Source: a virus
Length of the DNA stretch: 64,000 nucleotides
Virus record (IMG/VR): IMGVR_UViG_3300018421_000015
Coordinates: 22,300-86,299 of that record
Direction: 5' to 3' (one strand)
Of the stretch, positions 18,503-28,708 are shown in pieces. How positions within the stretch are numbered: position 1 is the stretch's first letter; the number at the start of each line of letters is the position of its first letter. The translations under genes were made by a program, and so were the position numbers. The notes beneath the pieces are model-generated. The model was not told the origin of the DNA. It worked only from the letters and a program-made list of their open reading frames with translations, and did no database searches.

Positions 18503-18907
18503 TTACTGCCTATAGAAAATAGAGCCACTAGGTGTACCGGAATCTACTTCTACATAAATTCCATCCGGGCAGTAAATGCCGTTAGGTCCGAACCAGTGAC
18601 TGTCGTGGTCACCGTTAGGTGGCACAGCTCCAGCAATCAAGTCACCAGTTGCATCTGCTCCATTATAAATATGGATATGAACGTTACCTGAATCATCGTC
18701 ATTAACATCAAGTCCCATAAAGATCGCTGCACTAGAAACTACCTGCTCACTAGAACCACTCAAGGTAAATATTCTGCTAGCTTCCGTAAAATGACCTATT
18801 GGTCTTTCATGATCGTAAAGCTTAGGTGTAGTAGTGCTATTTTTTGATGGTGCTGGTTTTTGCGATGCCGGTCTTGCAGTGCTATTTGATGCATTTACTA
18901 ATGCCAT
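18503..18907 (-). CDS. hypothetical (probable virion/late) protein
   Basis: AGGAG RBS. Preceded by the TTACTATATA motif. beta-rich GIYCPDGIYV. Confidence 0.7.
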   Translation of the reverse strand: MALVNASNSTARPASQKPAPSKNSTTTPKLYDHERPIGHFTEASRIFTLSGSSEQVVSSAAIFMGLDVNDDDSGNVHIHIYNGADATGDLIAGAVPPNGDHDSHWFGPNGIYCPDGIYVEVDSGTPSGSIFYRQ

Positions 18908-18937
18908 ATTAATCTCCTTGAGTTTTAGGTGATATAA

Positions 18938-18947
18938 TATATAGTAA
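18938..18947 (-). promoter_or_regulatory. putative phage late-promoter motif TTACTATATA
   Basis: The motif recurs upstream of structural-type genes (also 24223, 28657, 57862, 61727, 63382). Confidence 0.55.
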
Positions 18948-19001
18948 CATCCATATTTCGGGTACTATAAATTCTGATAGTGAATAAAGTTTGGAGATTA
19001 A

Positions 19002-19358
19002 ATGGGAATGTTTGACTACGTCCGCACTAATTATAGATTGCCAAATATTGAAGTTAACGAAGATCTAACCCTAATATTTAATGCAGGTAATACCAGGCAT
19101 TTTGGATATGAAACAGAATTTCAAACAAAAGATTTTGAGCAGCAGTTTGATCAATATCTAATAACCTCCCATGGGATACTTTTTGTTAGGGAGGGAGTCA
19201 GTAACGTTGAAACCGATTACACTGGCAGCCTCAGCTTCGCTACAATCGTTCCACATCCTACTGGTGGAGGATATTACGTAGAATATCATTCAAGCTGGTT
19301 AGACGGCAAAATAGCTAGCATTGGCGGGGAATGCATTAGGGCCACAGGTGGGGCATGA
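19002..19358 (+). CDS. hypothetical phage protein (MGMFD...FQTKD type)
   Basis: MGMFDYV, EFQTKD, YTGSLSF. Confidence 0.75.
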   Translation: MGMFDYVRTNYRLPNIEVNEDLTLIFNAGNTRHFGYETEFQTKDFEQQFDQYLITSHGILFVREGVSNVETDYTGSLSFATIVPHPTGGGYYVEYHSSWLDGKIASIGGECIRATGGA

Positions 19359-19675
19359 TAGAAGAAGAGTTTGATATTAGGTTAGTAGATTTTAGTGAAT
19401 TATCAAACGAAGATGCTTTAGAACTATTAGAAGCCTCTAAAATAATAGCTCTTAAAGATTTATACTCGGGCCTTTTACTGTGGGGCATAATTGAGGTACA
19501 TAAGATTGAGAATCTAGATGAGTTGCATCATTTTCTCTTTGACCCCGAAAGCTTAGCTGCCGTTGAATATTATAATTCCTTTAAAGAATTAGGATACGAT
19601 AAAGCCTACTACAATATGAGGGATAGTTACGATAAGCTTACCTTTATTGAATCAGTAGTTAAAGAATTATCTTGA
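19355..19675 (+). CDS. hypothetical protein
   Basis: ATGA overlap. Confidence 0.65.
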   Translation: MIEEEFDIRLVDFSELSNEDALELLEASKIIALKDLYSGLLLWGIIEVHKIENLDELHHFLFDPESLAAVEYYNSFKELGYDKAYYNMRDSYDKLTFIESVVKELS

Positions 19676-20500
19676 CCACCTATTTGCTATCCATTCCAAC
19701 ATTCTAGAGAGCCAATTTCCTTTTCCATCTTTTTTTTCAAGAAGTTCATCTTTATCTCGCTGCTCTTTTTTGTATCTAGATTTTTGATTAATTGGAATAA
19801 ACGTAGATTTAAAACCACGCTGAGAAAGAAGATCGTATATACTACCGTCACCCCAAATGTAATTAATCCCTTTTTGCCTAGGAATAGGTACCACATGCTG
19901 CATAATTTCACCTATTTCTATAGTAAATTCTTTATCAGTCAATATGTTCAAAACTATATTTGCATGATGGTAATAATCGGTATTTACTAATGCTGGCAAA
20001 AGTGTATAGTTTGGATTAGGTTCCCAAAGTGGAGGAAGGAAAATGGAAGACCACCCTGGTGCCGTTTTAAATAGCCAGGGATTTATTATTTTAATATAAT
20101 TTGCTCTCTCAAGTTTTCTTACCCTAGTCACTGGGCATTCTCCACTTTGATGAAAACCAAAACCTTCAACATGAAATTCGTGATTACCAGCAATGTCAAA
20201 TCTACTTTCCCAAAATGAACCATCTGGAGATGGTCTGAAATGCAGTCTTGCCCACATCGGTATATTGAAACCAAGAGATATATAATCAGCTGTCCCAGAA
20301 CATCTTCTCAATGCACCATCTCCAGAATCTAAATCTTTCCACCAATCTGGCCAATTTCTCCAGTTATCAATTGGCATTACTTCAGGGTCATAGAGCATTT
20401 GTGTATTCGGAGTAATTAAAACCTCACCTGGTTTTACTTTTGGTATATTATAAAAAGAATTAGCTGTCTCTATTTTTAGTTCTCTCAATGGCTTCTCCAT
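19667..20500 (-). CDS. DUF6065-like protein
   Basis: RC...GF.IP, PWLFKTAPGWS, LPALVNTDYY. Parallels the motifs of 48458..49183. Confidence 0.65.
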   Translation of the reverse strand: MEKPLRELKIETANSFYNIPKVKPGEVLITPNTQMLYDPEVMPIDNWRNWPDWWKDLDSGDGALRRCSGTADYISLGFNIPMWARLHFRPSPDGSFWESRFDIAGNHEFHVEGFGFHQSGECPVTRVRKLERANYIKIINPWLFKTAPGWSSIFLPPLWEPNPNYTLLPALVNTDYYHHANIVLNILTDKEFTIEIGEIMQHVVPIPRQKGINYIWGDGSIYDLLSQRGFKSTFIPINQKSRYKKEQRDKDELLEKKDGKGNWLSRMLEWIANRWSR

Positions 20501-21968
20501 GATCTATCATCTTTAAATTAATTAGATTAGAATTTGTCTCGCTTAGATGTTGAGTTGCTATTCTTCTGGATAGGTGTGCATTCAGCGAAACCGTTGCGGA
20601 TTCACTATTTAGAACTCCTTGACCCTGGGCAACGTGCCAGAAATGAGGTATAAAGAAGAGCTCAAATCCATTAGCAGTTATATCATGATCTTCGGGAGGT
20701 CGTTCTGACCATATTTCCAAAAGCTTCTGTAGCATTAGAGGCTTAGGTCTATTTTGTTGATCTAACCACATCTTAGTGTCATTTCTGTCAGAAATATAAT
20801 GTAAACAAATCATACTCAAAGCATTTTCCATAACTTCATTCATTATCTTATTATATTCTCTTATGGAGAATTCTGTCTTTTCGTTAAAGTTTGCTATATA
20901 TGAGCATAGTAATCTGGCCTGCTGTATCCCTATTGATATGGTTGTAGCCTCTAAAGGTTCGATGAAGCTATACGATAGGCCTATTGATACACAGTTTTTT
21001 TGCCAAGGTTCGCTATAATAGCCGGGTCTGAACTTAATGAATCTAGGATTTTCTATTTCAATACCATGAAACTCTTCAGCCTCAATAATCGCCTCCTCTT
21101 CAGTTATATAAGAGGAAGAGAAAACATATCCATTACCTTTTCTTTCTTGAGTTGGTATTTCCCACATCCACCCAGCATTCATGCTGATAGCTCTTGTGTA
21201 TGGGTGAATCTTTCCAAATATGTCTTTATCAGTTTGAAAAACTAGAGCTGTATCACAAGGTAAGTATTCGCTAAATGAATTAAACTCCACATTCTGCATT
21301 TTACTGGACAGCACTCTTGCAAATCCTGTTGCATCTATAAAAAAATCTCCAGATATTTTACTATCGAAACCATTAACTTTTATATATTTTATATGACCAT
21401 TTGAACCCTTATTTACAGATTCAATTTCACCTTCAACAAATCTTATGCCCATGTTATTGGCAAAGTTCTTAAGATATTTGTTGAGAAGAAATGTATCAAA
21501 ATGATATTGATTTGTTCCAAGATGAGTTTTATCTGGCTCTGTATCATCTTCACTAATCCCATCTATAACCTGATCCTCAATCATGCCTTTCCAGGAAAGT
21601 GAATTTGTTAAAAGGATTTCATTTTCTAGCAAAAAGCTATAGGTTGCATAGAAGGAGTTTCGTTTAATTCCTGTACCAGAAACAGAATGGATATACTTTG
21701 GCGTATGATTATTCCATCCCTCAAACATGATTCCATATTTGTGGGTGACGCCTGCAAATTTAATCATATCATCTACATTTATTCCAACAAAATCCTGAAA
21801 CCATCTCCAATGTTCCGTAGACCCCTCTCCTACGCCTATAATAGGGCTTTTTTCGGAAAAGCATACGGTTATGTCATATAAGGGGAATGTTTTTTTTAGA
21901 ATTATTGCAGTTGTCAATCCCGATGTACCAGCTCCGGCGATGACGATATGTTTTTGATCTATCTTCAT
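20460..21968 (-). CDS. Flavin-dependent (tryptophan halogenase family) halogenase
   Basis: GAGTSG, IGVGEGS, catalytic-type Lys in THKYGI, FFIDATGF, GWMWEIP (WxWxIP), FIEPLEAT. Confidence 0.92.
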   Translation of the reverse strand: MKIDQKHIVIAGAGTSGLTTAIILKKTFPLYDITVCFSEKSPIIGVGEGSTEHWRWFQDFVGINVDDMIKFAGVTHKYGIMFEGWNNHTPKYIHSVSGTGIKRNSFYATYSFLLENEILLTNSLSWKGMIEDQVIDGISEDDTEPDKTHLGTNQYHFDTFLLNKYLKNFANNMGIRFVEGEIESVNKGSNGHIKYIKVNGFDSKISGDFFIDATGFARVLSSKMQNVEFNSFSEYLPCDTALVFQTDKDIFGKIHPYTRAISMNAGWMWEIPTQERKGNGYVFSSSYITEEEAIIEAEEFHGIEIENPRFIKFRPGYYSEPWQKNCVSIGLSYSFIEPLEATTISIGIQQARLLCSYIANFNEKTEFSIREYNKIMNEVMENALSMICLHYISDRNDTKMWLDQQNRPKPLMLQKLLEIWSERPPEDHDITANGFELFFIPHFWHVAQGQGVLNSESATVSLNAHLSRRIATQHLSETNSNLINLKMIDHGEAIERTKNRDS

Positions 21969-21969
21969 A

Positions 21970-22563
21970 TCATTTAAACCAGGTAACTAAAGAGTACTTC
22001 ACCGTTTCATCATCTGCACCAGCTGGTTTGGCTATATGCAAATACGGGAAATTGGATGGGAATAAGACACAGGATCCAGCTTGCGGCTTTATCTCAACAT
22101 CGAAATGAGGAAATACTAATTCGCCACCAGAGAAATCATCATTAAGAAAACAAACTAAGCTTAAAACTCTTTCATTATTTGGACCATGATCTTGATGAGC
22201 CCTATACTCTGCCCCTTTTCCATATCTTAATACTCTATAATTTTCGTCACCACTTAACTCCAATTCAAAGTCATCCCTATAGTCCCAGACGGTTTTATCT
22301 ATAGATTGGAAAATATCTATCCAAGTTGAATGCAATTCACTAATCCTCGAAGAGTGACCATCATAATTTGATAAAGGGGACAATTCACACGACATAGATG
22401 TTCGAACATCTGATATGTATCCATCACCCACTTGAGCTCTAACCCAATTAAGAAAAGACCACTCCTGAGAACACTCGCTTTCTAGTAGGTCTATAAATTT
22501 TTTACCAGAATCAAAAACATTAGTATATAACCTAATGCAAGTTCCTAAATCTTCTTTTTTCAT
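21970..22563 (-). CDS. 2OG-Fe(II) oxygenase, prolyl-4-hydroxylase-like
   Basis: HQD...LNDDFSGGELVF...H...KYSLVTW. Confidence 0.9.
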   Translation of the reverse strand: MKKEDLGTCIRLYTNVFDSGKKFIDLLESECSQEWSFLNWVRAQVGDGYISDVRTSMSCELSPLSNYDGHSSRISELHSTWIDIFQSIDKTVWDYRDDFELELSGDENYRVLRYGKGAEYRAHQDHGPNNERVLSLVCFLNDDFSGGELVFPHFDVEIKPQAGSCVLFPSNFPYLHIAKPAGADDETVKYSLVTWFK

Positions 22564-22564
22564 A

Positions 22565-23188
22565 TTAATACAAGCTTTCTCTATATTCTTGTTCTTTCTT
22601 CCTTATCACGGAGTGATGTGCCTGGCCTATCGTTTTACTCCAATGGTTACCGGGTACAAAGTGATAAAATATAACACTAACTTCATTAGTCTTGGGATTT
22701 GGAAAATCTGGTCTCCAATGATATTGATCTTCACCATAGTATATTATAGCATCATTAGGGTCAACCGTAAACTCCTTACCTTCAACAAAAAGGGGCCAGG
22801 CATCCTTGTGGTCGATAGAAACATCTATCGTATACGTACATGCGTTGTCATCTACATGCTCGAACAGTCTAGCCTTATAACCTCTGTAGGTAGAAAATAT
22901 AGCATAGGACGCCTCAATGGTATCGTCCAAAAAAAGTTCTTTAGCCAAAGGAACTAATTTTTCAAGCGACTCTCTGAGCATGCAATCAGGGCCGCTATTC
23001 TGGGTATGATAGGTTAGTCTACCGAAACCTTCGTCATAAATAAATAGGGGTCTATTATTATTCCTTAAGTTAAGTAAATAATCCTTTAGAGAATTAAAAT
23101 ATGATACATCAAATACCCCCTCATAGACGAAAGCATCAGGTCTTAGTGTTAGGTTTCTGCCTGTTCTTTTATCAAAATAAGTTTCCAA
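22565..23188 (-). CDS. 2OG-Fe(II) oxygenase-like
   Basis: HVD...HWR...IFYHF. Confidence 0.75.
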   Translation of the reverse strand: METYFDKRTGRNLTLRPDAFVYEGVFDVSYFNSLKDYLLNLRNNNRPLFIYDEGFGRLTYHTQNSGPDCMLRESLEKLVPLAKELFLDDTIEASYAIFSTYRGYKARLFEHVDDNACTYTIDVSIDHKDAWPLFVEGKEFTVDPNDAIIYYGEDQYHWRPDFPNPKTNEVSVIFYHFVPGNHWSKTIGQAHHSVIRKKEQEYRESLY

Positions 23189-23194
23189 AATATA

Positions 23195-23899
23195 TCACTT
23201 AGACTCCTTCTTAGCCTTTTCTTCTGGTGCATCATCTTTAACCTCTGGATCTTCTTGAATTGAACACAGGTAAAATGTGCTAATCATCCATTTATCACCG
23301 GATATTGGAGGATTTCCCTGGTGTGGATGTGTCCAATGCGCAGGAAAAATAGCTATGCTACCAGCTCGTGGCTTTACGCTTTGTTCGTATATTGGAAAAT
23401 ATGTCTCGCCCCCAACCTCTACATCGTTAAGGTATACTATTCCAGCTAAAACTCTTTTGCCTACAGAACCGGACAGAGGGTTAGGCGATGACCACGGAGT
23501 GCCATCAACATGCTGTCGATAATGCCCCCAATTAGTTCCATAATGTTGAAGCCTAAAACCAGTATCAGTAATTCCTGGCCAATGCCACAATTCATTATAT
23601 GTTTTTTGATAATAAGCGATACAGCCAAAAAGGGCTTGATTTATTGTCGACTCGGCGTTAGCAAAGATCATGGAATTTATCCCGAGTTCCTGAAGTGCAT
23701 ATGAACTAAAATTAAAATCCATACTAGATTTAACGAATGGATTAATCCCACCAATTGTCGGTCCAGGAGAAAACAAATCCTTGTAATACTTATTGCATTC
23801 CCCAATAAGCTCTGAACATAAATCTGGATCTATTGCGTTTTTTGCCTCTAGAATATAACTTTGCTTTCCACCAAGAAAGTTTAACTCTACATTTTTCAT
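23195..23899 (-). CDS. 2OG-Fe(II) oxygenase, P4H-like
   Basis: HVD...YLNDVEVGGETYF...HPHQG...GDKW. Confidence 0.9.
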   Translation of the reverse strand: MKNVELNFLGGKQSYILEAKNAIDPDLCSELIGECNKYYKDLFSPGPTIGGINPFVKSSMDFNFSSYALQELGINSMIFANAESTINQALFGCIAYYQKTYNELWHWPGITDTGFRLQHYGTNWGHYRQHVDGTPWSSPNPLSGSVGKRVLAGIVYLNDVEVGGETYFPIYEQSVKPRAGSIAIFPAHWTHPHQGNPPISGDKWMISTFYLCSIQEDPEVKDDAPEEKAKKESK

Positions 23900-23937
23900 T
23901 AATATCTCCTAAAGTAATCAGGAGATATTATATCACA
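23900..23937 (-). promoter_or_regulatory. extended -10 promoter overlapping an RBS-sequestering hairpin
   Basis: TGTGATATAAT (23937-23927). A perfect 11-bp inverted repeat 23900-23910/23920-23930 contains the AGGAG RBS. Confidence 0.65.
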
Positions 23938-23939
23938 AA

Positions 23940-24200
23940 CTACGAAGGCGTCGCTGCATTGAGTGAGTTTTCAGCTAAGAGCAGTGTTTCATATAACGAA
24001 ATTTGAATCATGAGCATCTCTTGGTTACTATTCTTATTCGAATCTTCATAATCAACTTCAACGTATTCTGAAGGAACAAAAGATTCAGGATTTATACCTA
24101 TTCTAAGGCAGCAGGTATACATCTGTTCTAGTACAAAAGTTTTCTGAGAGTCAACCAAATTCTGTCTAACTTCTAATGAAAGATCTGAAAATATGGACAT
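23940..24200 (-). CDS. small acidic hypothetical protein
   Basis: AGGAG RBS. TTACTATATA upstream. Confidence 0.75.
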   Translation of the reverse strand: MSIFSDLSLEVRQNLVDSQKTFVLEQMYTCCLRIGINPESFVPSEYVEVDYEDSNKNSNQEMLMIQISLYETLLLAENSLNAATPS

Positions 24201-24241
24201 TATTTCTCCTTAATAAGATATTTATATAGTAAAGCAAAAAG

Positions 24242-27200
24242 TTAAGCGTCTAATATTTTAGAGAAATTAGAATGCCCTATCTGATTCTGAACATTTCCGG
24301 AATCTCTAGAAACTATTAAAACACCACCCTGGTATCCTGGATCATACGTTGAAGGATCTGCGGTACCTCCAGCTCCTCCAGCTCCTCCAGCTCCACCAGT
24401 TCCGCCTAAGTATTCAAGGTTATCATAGGATTCATTATGGCCAGCATTATAGGGGTTTCCATGGTGAGGACCAGACGGAAGTGCCCCACCAGTAGCATGA
24501 TGTACATTATAGGATGGATGGTGATGGTATCCAGCTGTAAAAGTGGTTGGATTCTGAGATCCACCTGTTGACTGAACAAACCTCCTACCTATAAGCGGAA
24601 CACCAGGTACTAAAGCATGTGCCGCGAAGTTTACTCCATCATTCGTACCGACAAAGTGATAAATACCAGCTGCACCTACATGTGAACCCGGAGTATGACC
24701 TCTTAAATGCCTCGTCCCAGTATGGTTCTCGTCATTAAAGTCAGTAGTGTAAAGATACCTAACTGTTGGAGTTGTCGGATCATTTAATGGCGATATAGGT
24801 CCCGCAGTATGATCATGATTCCCTTCAGGCCAACTGCCAGAATGGTAATCGCCAGTGTGCCCATTGGCAGTTCCAGTATGAGTAACGGGAGTGTGGCCAG
24901 CAATATTTGCTGCCGTAGGAGCACCATGAATATTTAGCCCATTTATATCTCCATGAGGGTAATACCCTGCGTTGTGTAGATATTCCTTGTTTCCACTATG
25001 TCCAGAATAGTTAGTAGGAAGATTAGAATTTTGCCCATGATTCACATCGGGATTATGCCCTGGTGTATGGTGTACCCACTCTCCAGAATTCCACCCTTCA
25101 TTATAATGTGCGCTATGATTGTGGGTAGACCTCGGATAAAATGGTGCACTAGAGGGATGGCCATTGTAATTATTGTGATTATGATTATAGTCATGGTTAC
25201 CTGCGTTATGGCTATAGGTATTAGTGTGTTGATGAGGATTATTTGCCGGTAAGTTTGGTGAATTATAGTGACCAGAAGTATGGGGGTGAGTATGATTAGG
25301 ATTGTGTCCTGGATTATGATTTATGTGATCACCAGCATTAAATGATAAAAAGGTATAAGCATTACCATTGTACACCTGATTAGCTGGAACACCAAGCGCC
25401 GGATTAGCATGGGGAGCAGAGTTATGGTTGCTGTTACCCGAAACAGCAGGGCCATTTCCCGACCCAGGGTTTACTCTATGCCAGTAAGTCTGAATGCCAG
25501 TTAGTGGTCCAGTATAATGATTTTGATGGCTTCCACTATGGTTATGATTATTTGTGGGCCATATCGGAGAATTGCTAGGAAGGATCTGCAAGTGATGTGG
25601 TTTAGTGGAGTAATAAGTGGTATGGCTTCTGCTGTGTGTATTGTGAGATCCATAATTATGTGAATTATAGCCGGAGCTGTGCCAGGGTGTCACGTTACCT
25701 GTATGACCTACAGGATTATCATTTGTTGAATTATATGTACCATGGCCAAGACTGATAGCAGGTGAGGGTATAGATGGGCCAACGTTTGCATGATTACCTG
25801 CGTTGTGGGGGTGCTCGCTCTTTGTATGAAACTCGGTACCCGCTATATGATAATGGCCTGCAGGATGGGTGGCATTTGATGGATTGCCCGGCAAAGTACC
25901 GGCACTGTGGGGATGATTACCAGGATGATAACCATGCCCGTGCTGATTATGTACGGTAGCAGTGTGGCCATTATGCCCGGTGGGAAGATTAACTGATGGC
26001 GTATGATGCTGGTTTGCAGGAAAAACAGGTGCATGAGCGTCATCGAAAGTGGTATGCGAGGGCCACGATCCATCTCCTGCATGAGGATGTGTAAGCTGCT
26101 GATGAAAAGGTGTACCTGGGATTGTTCCAGGAGTATGGTGATGATACATGTTTCCCGCATTACTTGGAGCGGCAACAGTTGAGGGAAGATGTATGTTGGC
26201 ATTGGTGCCAGTTGAATTATGCGCGTGAGATATCTCACTACCCAAAAAAGGATATGAAGAATTAACACCAGCCGGATGATCATGATACCCCGGATTATGA
26301 CCCTGTGGGTCATAAATAGCGTTATGGTTTGAAACATTTGGTCTTTGATTTGCTGGTAGTCCACTAAAAGCTGGATAGTTTGTTGGGGCTATACTTACTG
26401 CCGGATGAGGATGTTCACCCTCATTTATTCCCTGGTTAAAAAAAGTTGCATCAGTGGGAAATGGATTAGCGTTCCTTATATCATATAAGTCTGAAATGTC
26501 ATATAAATTACCATGGTTATGAGTAGAGGGATTAAAAGTACCACCAGAAGTAGTAGCGTTATGACTTAACTTGCCCCCTGTTGCTGCAAAAATTGATCCG
26601 GTTCCTGATCCATGAGGGTGATTTCCTGCCGATACATGATGGTAACCCTGATTTACGCCAGAATCGTAAGGGCTACCTAAGTTAGCAAATGAGTCTATGT
26701 TTGGTGCAGGGTTGCCTGGGTTGCCATCTACGCCATCCAATCCCTGGGAAGGGCTACTCTCTGAAGTGGAAGATGTTCCTCTTGATTCAATTATTCCAGA
26801 ACCATCTATAGTTTTAGCTACTATAAGAACAACTCCACCACCAGAACCCCTTTGCCCACCACTACCTCTTGCAGCAGCGTTTCCATCTTGACCTGGGTTG
26901 CCTGGGTTGCCAGGGCCACCAGGAGATCCTGGTGGTAGTGATATAAATGCACCAGGGTTACCCGGCTGTCCAGGTTGACCTTCACCGGGATCTTCTAGGT
27001 CACCAACTTGTTGATCACCAGGTTGGCCACCAGAAACGGCGTGTATATTTCCATCAGCGGAGACTAGAAAACCATTAACAGCTACATCTAGGTCTTTAAC
27101 AATATTTTCAGATAAAGCTTCATTAGCAGATCCTTCACCCCAAGCATAACTCTTAACTACATCAGATCTCCTAGAAACAGTAGAAGCATTGGCTGTTTCT

Positions 27201-27466
27201 AAGATATTATTAGGCATTCCTATAGTGCCATTATTGGTTAGAGTACCATTAACCAATATTCTAAACCCATTGGTAAATAATGTTGCACCGGATTGAATTG
27301 TTAAATCTTGGTAATACATATCTGATGATAGGTATATTGTTTGACCAGAAGAAATGGTCAAACTCCCATCTGACCCGTCTCCGAACATCTCATCTACACC
27401 GGCAGTCATAGTCTGCTCGGCCTTAGTCAGGCTAAATTTATTGTTTACTCTTCTTACTCTAGCCAT
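24242..27466 (-). CDS. Gly-rich virion-type protein with collagen-like segment and ~740-aa His/Asn/Gly/Pro-rich insert
   Basis: N-terminal FGDGSDG...LTIQSG..L.TNGFR shared with 27468..28247. GQPGNPG repeats. About 100 His by hand count. Confidence 0.85.
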   Translation of the reverse strand: MARVRRVNNKFSLTKAEQTMTAGVDEMFGDGSDGSLTISSGQTIYLSSDMYYQDLTIQSGATLFTNGFRILVNGTLTNNGTIGMPNNILETANASTVSRRSDVVKSYAWGEGSANEALSENIVKDLDVAVNGFLVSADGNIHAVSGGQPGDQQVGDLEDPGEGQPGQPGNPGAFISLPPGSPGGPGNPGNPGQDGNAAARGSGGQRGSGGGVVLIVAKTIDGSGIIESRGTSSTSESSPSQGLDGVDGNPGNPAPNIDSFANLGSPYDSGVNQGYHHVSAGNHPHGSGTGSIFAATGGKLSHNATTSGGTFNPSTHNHGNLYDISDLYDIRNANPFPTDATFFNQGINEGEHPHPAVSIAPTNYPAFSGLPANQRPNVSNHNAIYDPQGHNPGYHDHPAGVNSSYPFLGSEISHAHNSTGTNANIHLPSTVAAPSNAGNMYHHHTPGTIPGTPFHQQLTHPHAGDGSWPSHTTFDDAHAPVFPANQHHTPSVNLPTGHNGHTATVHNQHGHGYHPGNHPHSAGTLPGNPSNATHPAGHYHIAGTEFHTKSEHPHNAGNHANVGPSIPSPAISLGHGTYNSTNDNPVGHTGNVTPWHSSGYNSHNYGSHNTHSRSHTTYYSTKPHHLQILPSNSPIWPTNNHNHSGSHQNHYTGPLTGIQTYWHRVNPGSGNGPAVSGNSNHNSAPHANPALGVPANQVYNGNAYTFLSFNAGDHINHNPGHNPNHTHPHTSGHYNSPNLPANNPHQHTNTYSHNAGNHDYNHNHNNYNGHPSSAPFYPRSTHNHSAHYNEGWNSGEWVHHTPGHNPDVNHGQNSNLPTNYSGHSGNKEYLHNAGYYPHGDINGLNIHGAPTAANIAGHTPVTHTGTANGHTGDYHSGSWPEGNHDHTAGPISPLNDPTTPTVRYLYTTDFNDENHTGTRHLRGHTPGSHVGAAGIYHFVGTNDGVNFAAHALVPGVPLIGRRFVQSTGGSQNPTTFTAGYHHHPSYNVHHATGGALPSGPHHGNPYNAGHNESYDNLEYLGGTGGAGGAGGAGGTADPSTYDPGYQGGVLIVSRDSGNVQNQIGHSNFSKILDA

Positions 27467-27467
27467 A

Positions 27468-28247
27468 TCAAGAAACCTGACAATAAACTACTCTTCCGTT
27501 AGCTCCGCCTGTGCCACCGCTAACATCCGTTGTTACACTACTATTTAGTACATCATTAGAAGAAACAACAACAACTACACCACCGCCACCACCACCGGAA
27601 CCGGAATCACCTGGAGCGCTAAAATAGGCTGTTCCTGATTTGACAACAATATATCTAGCAGCGATTATCACAACTCCACCACCTGCACCAGTTTGACCAC
27701 CAGCACCACCCCTAAGAAAGACTGGTGCACCAATACCTGCAGTAATTGAATAGCCACGAGCAGCATTTAAGGGTTGATTGTAAAAGTTTGCACCACCTTC
27801 TTCTGGAGTAGGTTCTGTTGCTGATCTATATGTGGTTGATCCACCAAGGCTATGCGTCACTGCTTCGGCTTGAGCTCCACCCTGTCTTATTGATCCATCT
27901 GTTGAGAATCCAGAAGTAAAACCTATCCTAGAGTTAGAGTTAAGGATTAAAGTATTCCTAACGAATAATCTATAACCACTTGTTTTAAGATGAATTCCTG
28001 AATTTATGGTTAAATTATGGAAAAACAAATCTCGGTTCATACTATAAACATTAGAGGAAGGCGACATACCAAGGACAGAGGAACTTCCATCAAGAGTTGC
28101 ACTTCCGTCAGCTGCTGAACCAAAAAGGGCATTAGCAACATCTAGATTATTTAAAAAAGCTAATGTCTCATCTTCCAGTGAAGATGATGAATCAAAATAG
28201 CTCTTTCCTACACCAAATCTGTTATTCCTTCTAAATCCAGTCATCAA
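27468..28247 (-). CDS. Gly-rich virion-type protein (short paralogue of the His-rich protein)
   Basis: FGSAADGS...NLTINSG..LKTSGYRLFV, GGGVVIIAAR, GGGGGGVVVV. Confidence 0.8.
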   Translation of the reverse strand: MMTGFRRNNRFGVGKSYFDSSSSLEDETLAFLNNLDVANALFGSAADGSATLDGSSSVLGMSPSSNVYSMNRDLFFHNLTINSGIHLKTSGYRLFVRNTLILNSNSRIGFTSGFSTDGSIRQGGAQAEAVTHSLGGSTTYRSATEPTPEEGGANFYNQPLNAARGYSITAGIGAPVFLRGGAGGQTGAGGGVVIIAARYIVVKSGTAYFSAPGDSGSGGGGGGVVVVVSSNDVLNSSVTTDVSGGTGGANGRVVYCQVS

Positions 28248-28603
28248 CTTTCCTCTATTCCATTAATAATTAAATTCACAGAGGCACCGGCGTCGCAAAC
28301 TGCTACTATTTGATCAGAATTAGAAGCGCCCGCTGTTGAACCATTATTATTAAGGACTAGAGAAGTAGAAAGTGATAAAGTTTCATCTGCAGATATTGAT
28401 ATATCGCTGAAAAATATATGAGAACTGGATAATGTCTCTCCAGCTGGCTTACAATACAATTTAACAGTTCTTGTACTCGCAGAATAATTACAAAGTATTA
28501 TTTCTTTTATTATAGTCACAGTATTCTGTGGAACCGTGTAATAATCTGCATTTGACGCAGTTAATGTAGAAGGTCCAACAAGACGCTTTTGAATGAGGGG
28601 CAT
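28244..28603 (-). CDS. small beta-rich putative virion protein
   Basis: YTVP..T.TIIKEIILCN...SVNLIINGIE. Confidence 0.7.
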   Translation of the reverse strand: MPLIQKRLVGPSTLTASNADYYTVPQNTVTIIKEIILCNYSASTRTVKLYCKPAGETLSSSHIFFSDISISADETLSLSTSLVLNNNGSTAGASNSDQIVAVCDAGASVNLIINGIEES

Positions 28604-28697
28604 GCTAACTCCTAAATATAGTTAAAGTATTTTAGCACATGGCGAATCAATCTTTCAATATAGTAATCGATTTATCCACTAACACTTAAAACCTTTA

Positions 28698-28708
28698 TGT
28701 GGTATAGT
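28698..28708 (+). promoter_or_regulatory. extended -10 promoter, leaderless
   Basis: TGTGGTATAGT lies 7 nt upstream of ATG 28716 and there is no SD. Confidence 0.6.
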
